Positions 12,357 to 24,817 of a DNA stretch of 64,000 nt are shown piece after piece. A program made the position numbers and the translations under genes. Positions within the stretch are counted from its first letter, which is position 1. Each line of letters begins with the position of its first letter. The stretch is from Octopus sinensis (Eukaryota), in NCBI RefSeq assembly GCF_006345805.1, contig NC_042999.1:14880001-14944000 (forward strand). The letters are read 5' to 3'. Under the pieces are notes generated by a model. That model saw nothing but the letters and a program-made list of their open reading frames with translations, searched no databases and was not told the DNA's origin.

Positions 12357-13560
12357 GTACAGGGTGTGTGGGCTAAATCTGAAAGTTTGTATTGAAGGAA
12401 AAGAAAATATAAGATCAGAAGAAAAAATATGAAGGATTTTACTTTTTTCTAGAAAGAAAAGAATTAAAATATTTTAAAGTTAAGAACTAAATATACTGGA
12501 TCTTCAAATTTGTCTGAAAAGAGATTTCCTGTGAGGAGCAAACCATGTGTTTCAAAATACAATATCTCATCAACTTGATTATAGCTAGGTAATAACAGTT
12601 TATTCAAAGTAGCTGTCCTCAGCGTCCACCATGGCCTCAAGATGGCTCCTGAACCTTGCACATCTGTTCCTCACTGTGTCCCTGGGAAGATCCTTGAACA
12701 CCTCTTTGATCTTAGCCACCAGCTCAGCGTTGCTGTTGCTGTTAAGAGAAGTTGGGGTGAAAGAGTACAACAGGAGTCGCCACCACCCCCTGTTGGAGCC
12801 TCATGGAGCTTTAGGTGTTTTCGCTCAATAAAAACACACACCGCCTGATCTGAGAATTGAAACCGCGATCCTCCAACTGCGAGTCCGCTGCTCTAACCAC
12901 TGGGCCATTGCGCCTCCTCAGCGTTTCTGTTGCAGGCAAAGCAGATGATATTTTTCTCAATTACACCCCATACATAGCAACCCATAGGATTACAATCAGG
13001 GGAATTAGGGGGCCCAGAAGATGGGGCTGGTGAAAATTGTAGAGATTCTCTGACAACCATTTCTGACTCTTTCCAGAAGGATGGCAAGGGGCTGAATTCA
13101 GCAACCACACATATAGCCTTTTGCCAGCAGCCCTCTCCAGCCAGGGTTTGACCACAGTCTTCAGAAGCTTCATGTAGCCATCTGAATTGAGCCAAAATCC
13201 CCTGTCTGCAGTTGTTGGTTGAATGCCTGCCATGTCCCTTCCAGGTGGTCACAGCTTCATAGTCTCCATTGCAGCTGTTCATATCACGTCTTACATCTTT
13301 TGCAGTGTTCACGGAGTATTGAACAGCAATTATGATAATGGCATTTTGACACCCAACACAACTAATCACGATAGAGATAGGTCTTTCCCAATATTCAAAT
13401 GGTTTCCAATCCTCCATGTCAGCAAAAGTTTTCTCTACCACAGCTTTAATCTTAATGCTCTCCAATGCCGTTGACAGTTTCCCAATATATCAAGCAAATA
13501 AGTTACCAAAACATTGTAAAACTTTTGACTTAACACAATACTAGTGGTTGAAGCGTTTGA
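12357..13560 (-). mobile_element. Degenerate Tc1/mariner (maT-like) transposon interrupted by a SINE
   Basis: PPNSPDCNPMGCYVWG and YMKLLKTVVKPWL...SAPCHPS motifs; TA-CAGGGTG terminus near 12358. Right boundary approximate. Confidence 0.7.
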
Positions 13561-13624
13561 TAAAATGACTTAATCATCATCATCATCATCGCCATCGTCG
13601 TCATTTAATGTCCGCTTTCCAGCA

Positions 13625-13980
13625 TAACATGAAAAGTATTACAAACAATTACAGTGGCAAATCTAATCTGAGGAACTGCAACTTTAATGATAAGACTTAC
13701 TGTCCATTGGAAGGTAAATGTCTTGAAAAAGGAATTGTTTATAGAACTAAAGTACAAGTAGATGGCACACAAAAATTTTAAAAAAATATACACAGGGGCT
13801 TCAGAAAATTCAGTCAAGACTCAATTCTGTTCCCACCAAAATTCTTTCCGAAACCCCAAGAATAGGACAGCAACTAGTCTTGCAAAGCATGTCTAGGAAT
13901 TGAAAGAGAATGACACCCATCCTTTCAATGTAGCCTGGGAAATTCTAGAAAAAAGCATCATCATACAGACATGGTTTTAA
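13625..13980 (+). mobile_element. Penelope-like element GIY-YIG endonuclease remnant
   Basis: Manual translation CNFNDKTYCPLEGKCLEKGIVY...IYTGASEN..KTQF..HQNSF....TSLAKHV*ELKE...AWEILEK, with stop and frameshift. Confidence 0.8.
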
Positions 13981-14559
13981 AAGCTGGAGAGGAAAATAAT
14001 AGATGGTTATAGATGGGGGTAGACGCGAATATAATGAGAGGTGGACAGGAGTGGAGGTGCAACTTGATGGGTAGTTTCAGTATAGTTGGTACCTAAAATG
14101 TAAGAGATAAGAATGGCTGAAAGATAATAGTTTGGGAATTAGATGAGTACAGGAGCATTGGAGAGGTAGAATTTGAGATACATAATGGTTTACTATAATG
14201 GGTGGAGACAGGCATGAGATGAGCATGAAAGGGCACTGGAAATGATAGCTGATAATGTGAGGTGTAAGATGAACCACAGTAGAAGATGGGGGGCAGAAAG
14301 CACATGGAAGGGATGATAATGAGAGTGAATGATGGAAGTGGAGGGAGAAAGAAAGGCAGTGATGGATAACTCAAGGTGTTAGGGGATGTAACAAGAATTA
14401 ATGAGGGATTTTGTGTTGGAGAAAGGGACAGGTGTGGAGATGGGATGCAGGATATAGTTGACAGAGCACTATTGGTGCAGGGACAGCATCCAACATGTAC
14501 AAACATAGATGAAATGTTTATAGGACCTCATATTTGCCATTACAAATGGACCTTCTTGA

Positions 14560-16200
14560 GCCCTGCAAATTGCCAGGCATCTCAGTCCTTTGTCCCCTCT
14601 ATTAGGGTCAGCATCTTAAGATCAGCCTTCAGTATTTTGTCCTATGACTTCCTAAGTCTCCTTCTTCCACAAGTTCCATCCAATTTAAGTGATTGGCACT
14701 TTGTTATACAACTGTCCCTCTTTCATACTTTTCACATGACCAAACCAGTACAGTCTTCTCTTTTGCACACTCCATATGATTCCTCTTAAGCATAAATTTT
14801 CTCTCAGTATACTAGCACTTTGTCATACTTGCATGCTGATAATATACACTCAGATGAGTTTACTAGTTTCATTCCTCTCTTTGCATGTTCTCTGCATTCA
14901 GGGCCCACTTCTCACTACCATGTAGCATTACTGTTCCTACACAAGCATCATAGAATCTGCCTTTCATGCAGAGAGAGGAAAAGAAAGGGAGAGAAACCCT
15001 TTGTTGCCAACAGCGGTAAAAGCTCTCTTAATTTTCTCTATCCTATTCTTATTCTAATAACAATATCTTTGGAACATCCTCCACTACTGCTAATTAGGTT
15101 ACCCAAGTAACAAAAACTATCTACCACTCCAGGGAACCTCCAAGACATTCAAGAAAATCTATTTCCTATGTGCCCTTAGGGTTTATTGCACCTGTGCATC
15201 TTCTACATATATGTGCTATTTTTTCCATTAGCCTTCCTGTGATTCTGCTGCATCTCTTGTATTCATAACTTGCATTGAGTACATCATCATCATCATTGTT
15301 TAACGTCCGCTTTCCATGCTAGCATGGGTTGGATGATTTTGACTGAGGGCTGGTGAACCAGATGGCTGCACCAGGCTCCAATCTTGATTTGGCAGAGTTT
15401 CTACAGCTGGATGCCCTTCCTAACGCCACTGTATGGAATTCCTGCTTGTACCTTTTCTACATATTGAACTGGGCCATTTACCTTCAATAGGTAGAGCCAT
15501 GTCTCTTTTCCTGTTTACTGTAACTTTGGCTTTTCTAAGCTAACTTTAAGGCTCTTTGATTCCAGGTTTTGCTTCCACACCTGAAATTTCAATTCTGTTG
15601 CAGATTCTGCTATGAGAGCAAGATCATTATCATATAGTACTTCCCAAGTGCTGCCAGATGTAAATTCCTCTGTTATGACCAGGAGGGCAATGATAATGAG
15701 GAGGGGATTGAGAACTGACCCCTAGTGAATTCCTTCTTTCAATGCTGAACTTGTGTCTAACTCTCACATTACTGACTGTGTTTCTGTACAAGGCTTGTAT
15801 GGCTTTCACAAGCCGTTCGTCTATCCCAATCTTCCTCAGAGACCACCTTACAACGGAGTGGGAACTTTGTCAAAGGCTTTCTCCAGGTCAATGAGTGTCA
15901 GGTACAATGGTTTACTCAGAGCTAAATACTTCTCCAGCAGTTGTCTAAGAAGATAATTTGAATAATACTTTTTCCTGGCATAAGACCAAACAGCATCTCA
16001 TGTAGTTGATTTCTGATTTTAATTTATTAGGCTATAACTCTCACTGTGACTTTCATGAACTGGTCCAGCAATCTGATACCTTAGTAATTACTTCTGTGAA
16101 AGGCATCTCCTTTACCCTTGTAACAGCTGACTATTAAGCTGCAACACCAGTCATAGAGTTATGACACCATCCTGTCTAACCTGATCAACTATACAGGTGA
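14560..16200 (-). mobile_element. Degenerate RTE LINE fragments in kinase intron 3
   Basis: Same family as 58955-60190: KYLALSKPLYLTLIDLEKAFDKVP-like region at about 15865-15945 and a YDNDL (YADDL-like) motif near 15620-15640; many stops. Boundaries approximate. Confidence 0.7.
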
Positions 16201-16699
16201 TTAAAGTAAAGGTAACATTTCCTTTTTGTGTCATGCTGATTCATAAGGGCCAGTTTCCTGGTTTCCATGGTGTACAAATTCCCCACATGGATGAGACCCG
16301 GAATTCCCATCTGGATGGAATTCTGGTCCTTTGTAGGATTACTCATTTTTTCCAGCTGAGTGTACTGGAGCAATGTGAAATAAAGTGTTTTGCTCAAGAA
16401 CACAATGCGTCACCCGGTCCAGGAATTGAAACCACAATCTTACGACCATGAGTCCAACACCCTAACCACTAAGCCACGCACCTCCACATACAGGTGATTA
16501 GACAATATCTCACTCTGTGCCTCTATTTCTATTTCAAGCATCTCAATAGTAATTCCTGATGGGCCAGGGGCTTCCCTTGTCTTCATATGCCTTATCTTTC
16601 ATACTGCTGTTGATTAGGATAGCTGGTCCCTTTGTTGACCCTCTTTCTCCCATGCATTTTCCAAATTTAATAACCTAATAATAATAAGAAATTGCATAC

Positions 16700-16829
16700 T
16701 TATGTCCTTTAATAATCCAAGCAACTTTCTTTCAGAGAAACCAAATTTATTTTTTGGCTTTTGTAATTGATTTAAAAGTGTTCCGTGTTCTAAAAGTTCC
16801 ATCACGATCACTGCTCGATCTGAGAAAAA
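16700..16829 (-). CDS. TBK1/IKK-epsilon-like kinase, coding exon 3 (FFSDRAVIVMELLEHGTLLNQLQKPKNKFGFSERKLLGLLKDI)
   Basis: Hinge VMELLEHGTL and the TBK1/IKK-typical PxNxFG motif; acceptor ttcgtag, donor A|gtatgc; 130 nt, phase 0/1. Confidence 0.93.
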
Positions 16830-16917
16830 CTACGAAGAGAATAGAAAAACAAACAAAAAATATTTAAATAATAGTATTATATTTGGATTTAATTAATGAA
16901 TGGGAAATTAGTAACAC

Positions 16918-17170
16918 CAGTGGCTCTCAACCACTTTTTACTGATGGAGTCCTTTGATTCCTATTTTACAAGGGTGGACCCCTTTAAGTATTTGATGTTT
17001 AAAAAAACCTTATATTTTGATTATTAAATATTATTAGGAATTGTATTTAAAAAATAATTAAAATATTTTGTGTATTGTAGAAGTATGACTGATTTATAGC
17101 TCATAAATTATAATGACAAACTCTTATATGGGCCCCTAAGGGTTGTATAAAACCTCACCGAGAATCACTG
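16918..17170. mobile_element. hAT-type MITE
   Basis: Termini CAGTGGCTCTC...GAGAATCACTG resemble Charlie/MER5-type TIRs. Confidence 0.6.
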
Positions 17171-17522
17171 AGTTAGATTGAGATGAGAAATATTAGAAAT
17201 AATCTATAGTTTAGAATTGTATCAGCGTTAGATAGGATTTCCATGAAAACATGAAAAAAAACCCCAGATGTAATTAAGACAATGATAATGATGATGGTGG
17301 TGGTGGTGGTGGTGATAGTGGTGGTGGTGGTGGTGATGATGATGAAAAGCGGATGTTAAAGGGAGATTAATGAAGCATAAAATGGAGGGAATGTGTGTAT
17401 GTGTGTTTGACAGAGGGTCATATTTCTAGGAGTGAAAAATTGTTCTCATCTACCATATGTGATGAGTGTGTGTGCATGTGTGTGTGTGTGTGCATGTGTG
17501 TGTGTGTGTGCATGTGCGCGCA

Positions 17523-17557
<35 letters not shown>

Positions 17558-18589
17558 ATGCGTGTGTGTGTGTGTTACAAAGGATTGTGCTTCTAAGAAG
17601 GAAACATGATAACAATATGGTTGATAGGTTTTGCAGAACAAATTGAGATGACACCAGACTGGCTGCTTCTTTATGAAAACGGTAATTTAATCACAATTTA
17701 ATGTGTATACAATGATGCATGGCATTTACAGGGATAGCTATAGTAAACTGAAGTACCAAACAATCTTAAAATCATTTAACAAGGTAGAGTATATCTAAAT
17801 ATTTCCTTCTTAAAAAAAAACAAAAAAACATTAAGAATATTAGAATTAAGCTCTGTTATCAGCGGAATATGTGTTAATTAAAGGGAAGTTAATTAAAGGG
17901 CATATAATTAAAGGACATTTTAATAATGATACAAATATTTAGAATATAAAAAACAAAAAAGCATAAATTTCATATCAAGTTCACAATTTGTGCCCAACAG
18001 CTGTTTCATTGGCATTAAACATCAATATATAATTACATAAGATACAAAATTGATTAATTCAAATGTGACTTTACCGAAGATGACAGAAATAAAATTGGCA
18101 GTCAACGAAAATCTACAATTTATTCTAATTATATGGCCCTCAACAGTTTTTTTTGATGATTCTGTGTACATGTACAAATTAGTACCACAAGATTAACAAC
18201 AAAGTAATTACATATTGGAGGTTAATGATATGTCATTAATTAAGCGTAATTACCATTGGCATAATTTCTGACATTTATACATCAACTACCTATATATAGA
18301 TACACATAAAAAACGCAACTGTCAATTTTCCTGAAAATATTTCCCGAATAAAACAACATAATTACACAAAATTCTTCCATGTGTTTTCACTCACATAATA
18401 ATAAAGCAAAAATGAAAAAAATCTCTCAGCAGTTCTTTCTACTTGAGGGAAATTTCTCTTTCCCTTCTATTTCTTAGCAAACACTTTCTCCTCCCCCTCT
18501 TACTGTGAAAACAACTGTAAATATCAGCAACAGTGGTAACCAGTCAAATTTCAAACATAATTATTATAAATATAATTAGTATTATAATA

Positions 18590-18627
18590 CACACACACAT
18601 ATATATATATTATATATATATATATAA

Positions 18628-18672
<45 letters not shown>

Positions 18673-19160
18673 TATATATATGTATAAATACACACACACA
18701 TATATATATATATATAAATCCTTAAATCCTTAAAAATGTTTTAGCCCGAAGGCCGCGGCCATGCTGGGGCACCACCGCTGAATGAGCTACACTAATTTGT
18801 GAATCCACCTCTGATACGTATATATATATATATATATATATTATATAATACACATATTGTATATACATACCCACATATATATATAATATATAATACATAT
18901 ATATAACACACACACATATATGTATATACATACATATATCTATATATATTATATATATACACATATATGTATATACATACATATATATACACATATGTAA
19001 TATACATACATATATATATATATATAAGATATATATATATATATATACACACACACATATATGTATATATATATATACATACATACACACCACACCACAT
19101 ATATATACATACATATGTATATACATATATATATATACATATATAAATACATATATGGAA
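18590..19160. repeat. Compound (TA)n/(CA)n/(TACA)n low-complexity tract
   Basis: Read directly; one of many such tracts. Confidence 0.9.
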
Positions 19161-19342
19161 AGTGGAAAGATGATCACATTCGAATAAACATATAAAAGTA
19201 TAAAAAGAAATATAATTTAATACAACATTCACAGCACCGCACAATATAAATACATTTATATAAATACCCAAATACATCACATATACCACACATACATGTA
19301 CACACAACACAACAACACATGCAAATATACACATATCAAGCT

Positions 19343-19842
19343 GAAGAAGAAGAGAAGAGGAGGAGGAAGACGAAGAAAAGAAGAAGAAGAAGAAAGAGGA
19401 GAAGAAAAGAAGAAAGAGGAAAGATGAGGAAGAAGAAGAAGAAGAAGAAGAGGAGGAGAAGAAGAAGAAGAAGAAATTAGGAGGAAGAAGAAGAAGAAGA
19501 AAAGAAAAGGAGGAGGAAGAAGAAAGAAGAAGAAGAGGAGGAGAAGAGAAGAAGAAGAAAGAGGAGGAGAAGAAGAAGAAGAAGAAAAAAAGAGGAGGAA
19601 GAAGAGAAGAAGAAGAAAGAAAGGAGGAGGAGGAGGAAGAATAGAAAAGAAGAAGAAGAAAGAGGGGAAGAAGAAGAAGAAGAAGAAGAAGAAGAGGAGG
19701 AGGAAAAGAAGGAAAATAAAGAATAAAGAGAAGGAGGAAGAAGAAGAAGAAAAGAAAGAGGAGGAGGAGGGACGAAGAAGAAGAAGAAGACAAGAGAATA
19801 AGAAAGAGAAGAAGAAGAAGAATATGAAGAAGAAGAAGAGAG
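19343..19842. repeat. 500-bp polypurine (GAA/GAG)n tract
   Basis: Almost exclusively G and A on the + strand. Confidence 0.95.
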
Positions 19843-19975
19843 TAGGTGGCCAGCTACCACTGCTGCTGCCATCAATGTATTTTTCATATTTCATAAATAT
19901 CGTCAGCTTCCCAATTAACATGAATTATCTGAAATAAAGTTTAAAAAACAACCAAAGCGTAAACTGACTACTTAC

Positions 19976-20113
19976 CTCCGATTCAACAGCAAAGATTCTA
20001 ACAATGTTTTCATGATTCAATTTCCTCAGAATTGATATTTCATTCTGAATCGATTTTTTCATGAAGGAACTGTTGGAATTGAAGACTTTGAGTGCATAAC
20101 ATTGGGAATCAAC
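19976..20113 (-). CDS. TBK1/IKK-epsilon-like kinase, coding exon 2 (VDSQCYALKVFN...QNEISILRKLNHENIVRIFAVESE)
   Basis: ALKVF (catalytic Lys), alphaC Glu and KLNHENIV motif; acceptor tgattag, donor GAG|gtaagt; 138 nt, phase 0/0. Missed by the ORF track. Confidence 0.93.
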
Positions 20114-20229
20114 CTAATCATAGAAAAAAAAAAAATCTTAATTACTATCATCATAATTATTATTTATGATTTAAGAAATATAATAATAATGATATTATTA
20201 TTATAAAAAGAATTTATCGCTTTTGTTTT

Positions 20230-20665
20230 TGGTTTGCAAGATTCTTGACGTGATTGTTTCTTGGATGGGTCATTATGTCAGTAATAACACACACATTGGT
20301 TCTAGTCCACTTCTTTTTATTTGTCAATTGATTAACTATTTAATGAACTAAGTAATCATTGCCATTTGTAACCTCTTCAATGATTTGCTCCATTTGTGAC
20401 CTTTTCAATGACATGCTCCAGGGGAACTTAAGGCCAGGAAGCCAACCAGTTGTAGAGAAGTCATGTCATTGACACAACTGACTGATTGATAAGCCAAATG
20501 ATTAAAAAAACAATCAGTTTGTTATTTAGTTTAATAGTTAACCACTTGACAAATAAAAAATAAAGAAGTGAAATAGAACCACTGTGTGTGCTTATTGTTG
20601 GCATAATGACCCTCCCAAAATGCAACAAAATGTATTAAAATCAAGAATCTTTTAAACTAATTGCA
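20230..20665. mobile_element. MITE with long imperfect TIRs
   Basis: AAGATTCTTGA...GGGTCATTATG...CACACA-TGGTTCTA...CACTTCTTT...TATTTGTCAA mirrored on the other side. Confidence 0.65.
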
Positions 20666-21914
20666 AAAATGAAAAATTACCAATCTATAACCTTATGAAT
20701 ATTGAGGCCTTTCCTATAATTAAGCAAAATGTACCCCTATTAAAACGTAATCCTAAAATGAAGAGAATCTTTAAAAAATAAGTAATAAAAGTAAAAATAA
20801 ATAAAAAACTACATTTATTAAAGAAAGTTTTTAACAAGTATCCAATTACCAACCAATGATATACAAAACCTGACAATTAAAAAATGCAGAGAATCAAATT
20901 GTGGTCTTTGTATTAATATTTCCAAAAACTTAATTCTGCTTCAAAAATAGGAAATTTTAAAAGACATTGCCCCAGCATGGCCACAGCTCATAAGCTGAAA
21001 CTAGAATCAATCAATCAATCAATCAATAACTTCACATGCTGATCAATAAATTTAATTTATGCCATATGATGTAGTAGGTATGGTGAGAACTATATTGGCC
21101 AAACAGGCATGTCACTTAGAAAATGGATGATGATTCACCAACAACAAATACATGGTCTGAATGCTAGAAAAAGTTGACTTAGTCAGGAATTTAGACCAAG
21201 CGTGTAAAAACTCTGTAACGAAATTTTATACTTTGCACACTATAGCAATGTACAGAAAATTTGACAGAATGACAAAGAATAAAAAAGACACATTTTCTAA
21301 GCATTTGATCCAAATTTAAATCATTATCTAATTAATGATGCTTATTTCTTAATTCATTTATCAATATTTATAATATGTATTTTCCTTCATGTTTTTGTTT
21401 AGTTAAAGTGAAAATATTTACATCTTTACATAATTTGGATCTGCTAGCGTATATGAAATTTCTTCCCATGTTACTTGGGAAGTCTATAAAGGAGACACTT
21501 CCTGTAGACGCAGTACATATTAAATGAAGGCTAGAAGCTAGCTCCTACATTTGTATATTGCAATGAACGTCTCCAATTTGATCCAAAACCAGATAGTAAT
21601 TATATACTTTGTAATATCTTATACTTTTTGTAATAATGTGATTCTATGTTTTAGAGCATTTAATAAAACATTGGTTGTTAGATAAATTCGTTTGTTTCTT
21701 TCCAGTGTCATTTGATTTAACAGGAAAAGTATTCTTATGTTTGTGTTTTATGGTTATTCGTAGCTCACTTCTTCCTCTACAACTTTTTTTATCGTTTTTA
21801 AAATTTGTACAAATCATATCTATTTTCTCATCTTTGATGATGGCATGCCAAGTATAAAAAAAATGAGCATTTCCAATGAAATGGGTGCTTGCGGAGTGTT
21901 GTGAGGCACTCAAG

Positions 21915-22808
21915 CTTCTCTGTCACATCAGCAACGCGAGCAGCAGGGTTCCACCTCATCTTTCTATAGAGAGTTGGTAGGAGCTCAGTGTGACGACATC
22001 TTGCAGGAGACTCTAGGCTTCGATTAAGATCAACTAGCCAGTCTGTTCCGAAGCACTTCAGACCAGGACCCTTGGATAACTTCCAGGGATAACTTCCTGG
22101 CCTGACAGTGCTACCGAGGAACCTTACCAGTTCACAATAAACTCACAAAGCATGGTGCCCCTTGCTCACCCATGTGCCCAAGATGGGAGTAGGACAGAGA
22201 AACCATTCTGCATGTAACTGTGCAATGCCCCAAAATCTCTGAGATGTGGGTTTACGTTGGACATCTGCTGCCATGGCTAGGCAAAGTACAACTGTCTTTC
22301 GAGTCAATTGCAAAGATTGTTCTTCCTTTCTCTTTTAACAAAGAAGGCAAGGCTTGTTTTCTCACTTTGGTCACTATAGTAAAAGAAGCAGTATGGAAGA
22401 CCCGAGTGAAAGGAATTGTGACAGGCACATTCATCTTCAGCTTTGGATTGGTCCATTACCTCATCTACCACCTTATAATAAATGTGGAGAGAAAGTGCCT
22501 GTCACCTGATGTATATGGAAAAAGATGGAAGGCTGTGGTGAGTTTGTTGCGAATGAATGAACCCACATAGGGTATCCATAAGGTTATACTAAAGGTTACA
22601 GGGGTGGTATGGGGCTTGCGGGGGTCGAAGCAAAACCCACCCCCCACTTCATTGTTTGTGTATTTGTTTTGCTTTTCATTTATTTATCATTCGATCTATA
22701 TAAATTTTTAACTTTTCTCCTCTGTGTAAAAAACCATATCTACCATTGACCCCCTCCCTCATTTGTACCATCCCTTTATGTTTGGCCCCCTGTGGGCAAT
22801 AAAGAAAT
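21915..22808 (+). mobile_element. L1/Tx1-clade LINE 3' end (zinc-knuckle region and 3' UTR)
   Basis: CPR...ETILHVTVQCPKISEMW (CCHC-type) and VKEAVWKTR; pyrimidine-rich UTR ending CCCCCTGTGGGCAATAAAGAAAT. Confidence 0.75.
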
Positions 22809-22825
22809 CATGGTTACAATCATCT

Positions 22826-23925
22826 GAAATGGAGACTGTCAAAGCGTGATATTTGAGCAATTTTGCAATTCAACTTTAAAACAAGATGACAAGCAGCCAA
22901 AACTGCTCACGATATCAATGAAATGTTTGGTGAGGAAATGACCAGTGAGTGGTTAGCACGAAAATTATTTAGGTGATTTCGCAGTGGAGACCTGAGCCTT
23001 GAAGATCGTGAGCATAGTGGACGCCCATCTATCATCAATGATGGTCAATTAATGACCATCATTGAGAAAGATCCATGTAAAACCACTCGAGAAATGGCAA
23101 AAGAACTTCAAGTTAGCCAGAAAACTGCATTCAATCAGAAAATAAAAAGAGCTTGACAAATGGGTACCACATAATTTGAATGAAAATCAGAAAATGCACA
23201 GATATGAAATTTGCTCATCACTTCTTATCTGCAACCAGATCAATCCATTTCTCAACCTTATTGTAACTTGCAATGAAAAGTGGATTTTCTGTACAATAAT
23301 AAAAAACGTTCTTTGCAGTGGTTGGACCAAACTGAAACACTGAAAACCTTCGCTAAACCCGAGCTCTTCAAAAGGAAGGTTATGGTGACTGTTTGGTGGC
23401 TACTACTGGACTCATCTACTATAACTTCTCAAAACCCAGAAAAACTATTACTGCAGAAGCATTTTGCCAAGAAATTGCCAAAATGAATAAATAAAATAAC
23501 TGCTACTTCTCCGTACCAGACTGGTCAAAAGAAGAGAGCCAATCATTCTTCATGACACAGCTCAATCACACATTTCCCAAATAACACTCCAGACATTGAG
23601 GGAACATGGCTACGAAGTTCTTCCCCACCCAGCTTTATTCCCCAGACTTTTCTCCGACTACCACTTTTTCAAGCATCTTGATGCTTTCCTGTGAGAGAAG
23701 GAGTTCAAAAACCAAAGTGATGCTGAAAGTGTGTTCAAGGAGATCATCAGTTCCTGAACTCCAGATTTTTATGTTATTGGAATACACAACCTTGTAACTC
23801 ATTGGCAAAATTGTGTTGATTGTAATGGTACTTACTTTGATGAATAAAAATTTCCGCCTTGTAGAAATATATTGTGATGAATTTCATGTTTCAAAACATT
23901 GCTTACTTTTTATTCAGCTTGATAA
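22826..23925 (+). mobile_element. Degenerate mariner (DD34D) transposon
   Basis: KWVPHNLN, IVTCNEKWI, KVMVTVWW and YSPDFSP motifs across frameshifts; probable 3' TIR near 23895-23925. Confidence 0.88.
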
Positions 23926-24162
23926 TATACTTAAAAGAAAATTTGATTGTGATAATCTTTTTGAATAACATATTGTAGTCTGAAACAGTTACATTTCGGA
24001 ATTAATTTACTGCAATATATTTATATATTAGTATTTTTATACACACACATACATAAGATGCTATATTTGTGAGTATACATACATATATACATATTGATGT
24101 ATATTTCCTCTATATGCAGACTCCGTCTGTTTATCTTTCTTACAGTCATTATAAAACAAAAC

Positions 24163-24640
24163 CATCATCATTGTTTAATGTCTGCTTTCCATGCTAGCAT
24201 GGGTTGGACGATTTGACTGAGGACTAGCAAACCAGATGGCTGCACCAGGCTCCAATCTTGATTTGGCAGAGTTTCTACAGCTGGATGCCCTTCCTAACGC
24301 CAACCACTCCGAGAGTTTAGTGGATGCTTTTACGTGCCACCAGCACAAGGGCCAGTCAGGTGGTACTGGCAACGGCCACACACAAATGATGCTTTTTATG
24401 TGCCACCTGCACAGGCGCCAATCCAGCAGCACTGGCAACGATCCCGCTTGAATGTTTTTTACACGTGCCACCAGCACAGGTGCTAGTAAGGCAACGCAGG
24501 TACCGATCATGCTCGAATGGTGTTTTTAGGTGTCATTGGCACGGAGGCCAGGTTGTTGCTCTGGCAACGATCTCACTTGTATGGCACTCTTAGCACTCCA
24601 CTAGCATGGATGCCAGTCATTGAATTTGATTTTGATTTCG
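24163..24640 (-). mobile_element. RTE 3' UTR-only copy
   Basis: Same terminal sequence with several diverged internal repeat units. Confidence 0.8.
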
Positions 24641-24684
24641 AAATCATACACATGAATAATAAAATAGTAAAGAAAAGAACATAC

Positions 24685-24765
24685 TTTCGATATTCCTTTG
24701 TATACAGATGCAGTTGCACCTCTTCCCAGCAAAACATCATACTTGAATGACTTTGATTCAAACAT
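24685..24765 (-). CDS. TBK1/IKK-epsilon-like Ser/Thr kinase, coding exon 1 (MFESKSFKYDVLLGRGATASVYKGISK)
   Basis: Manual minus-strand translation gives the Gly-rich loop LGRGATASVYKG (TBK1: LGQGATANVFRG). Acceptor ctcctgcag lies 15 nt before the ATG (exon starts 24780), with an in-frame TAA in that 5' UTR. Donor AAA|gtatgt, 81 nt, phase 0. Confidence 0.9.
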
Positions 24766-24817
24766 GCTTCGTTAAAGGACCTGCAGGAGATAGAAATTTA
24801 ATATAATTTAGTTTATA

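Noticed and set aside
18792-19921. Long ORFs (333 aa and 214 aa) rich in Ser/Leu/Phe
   Set aside because: Translations of the (GAA)n and (TA)n tracts; no domain content.
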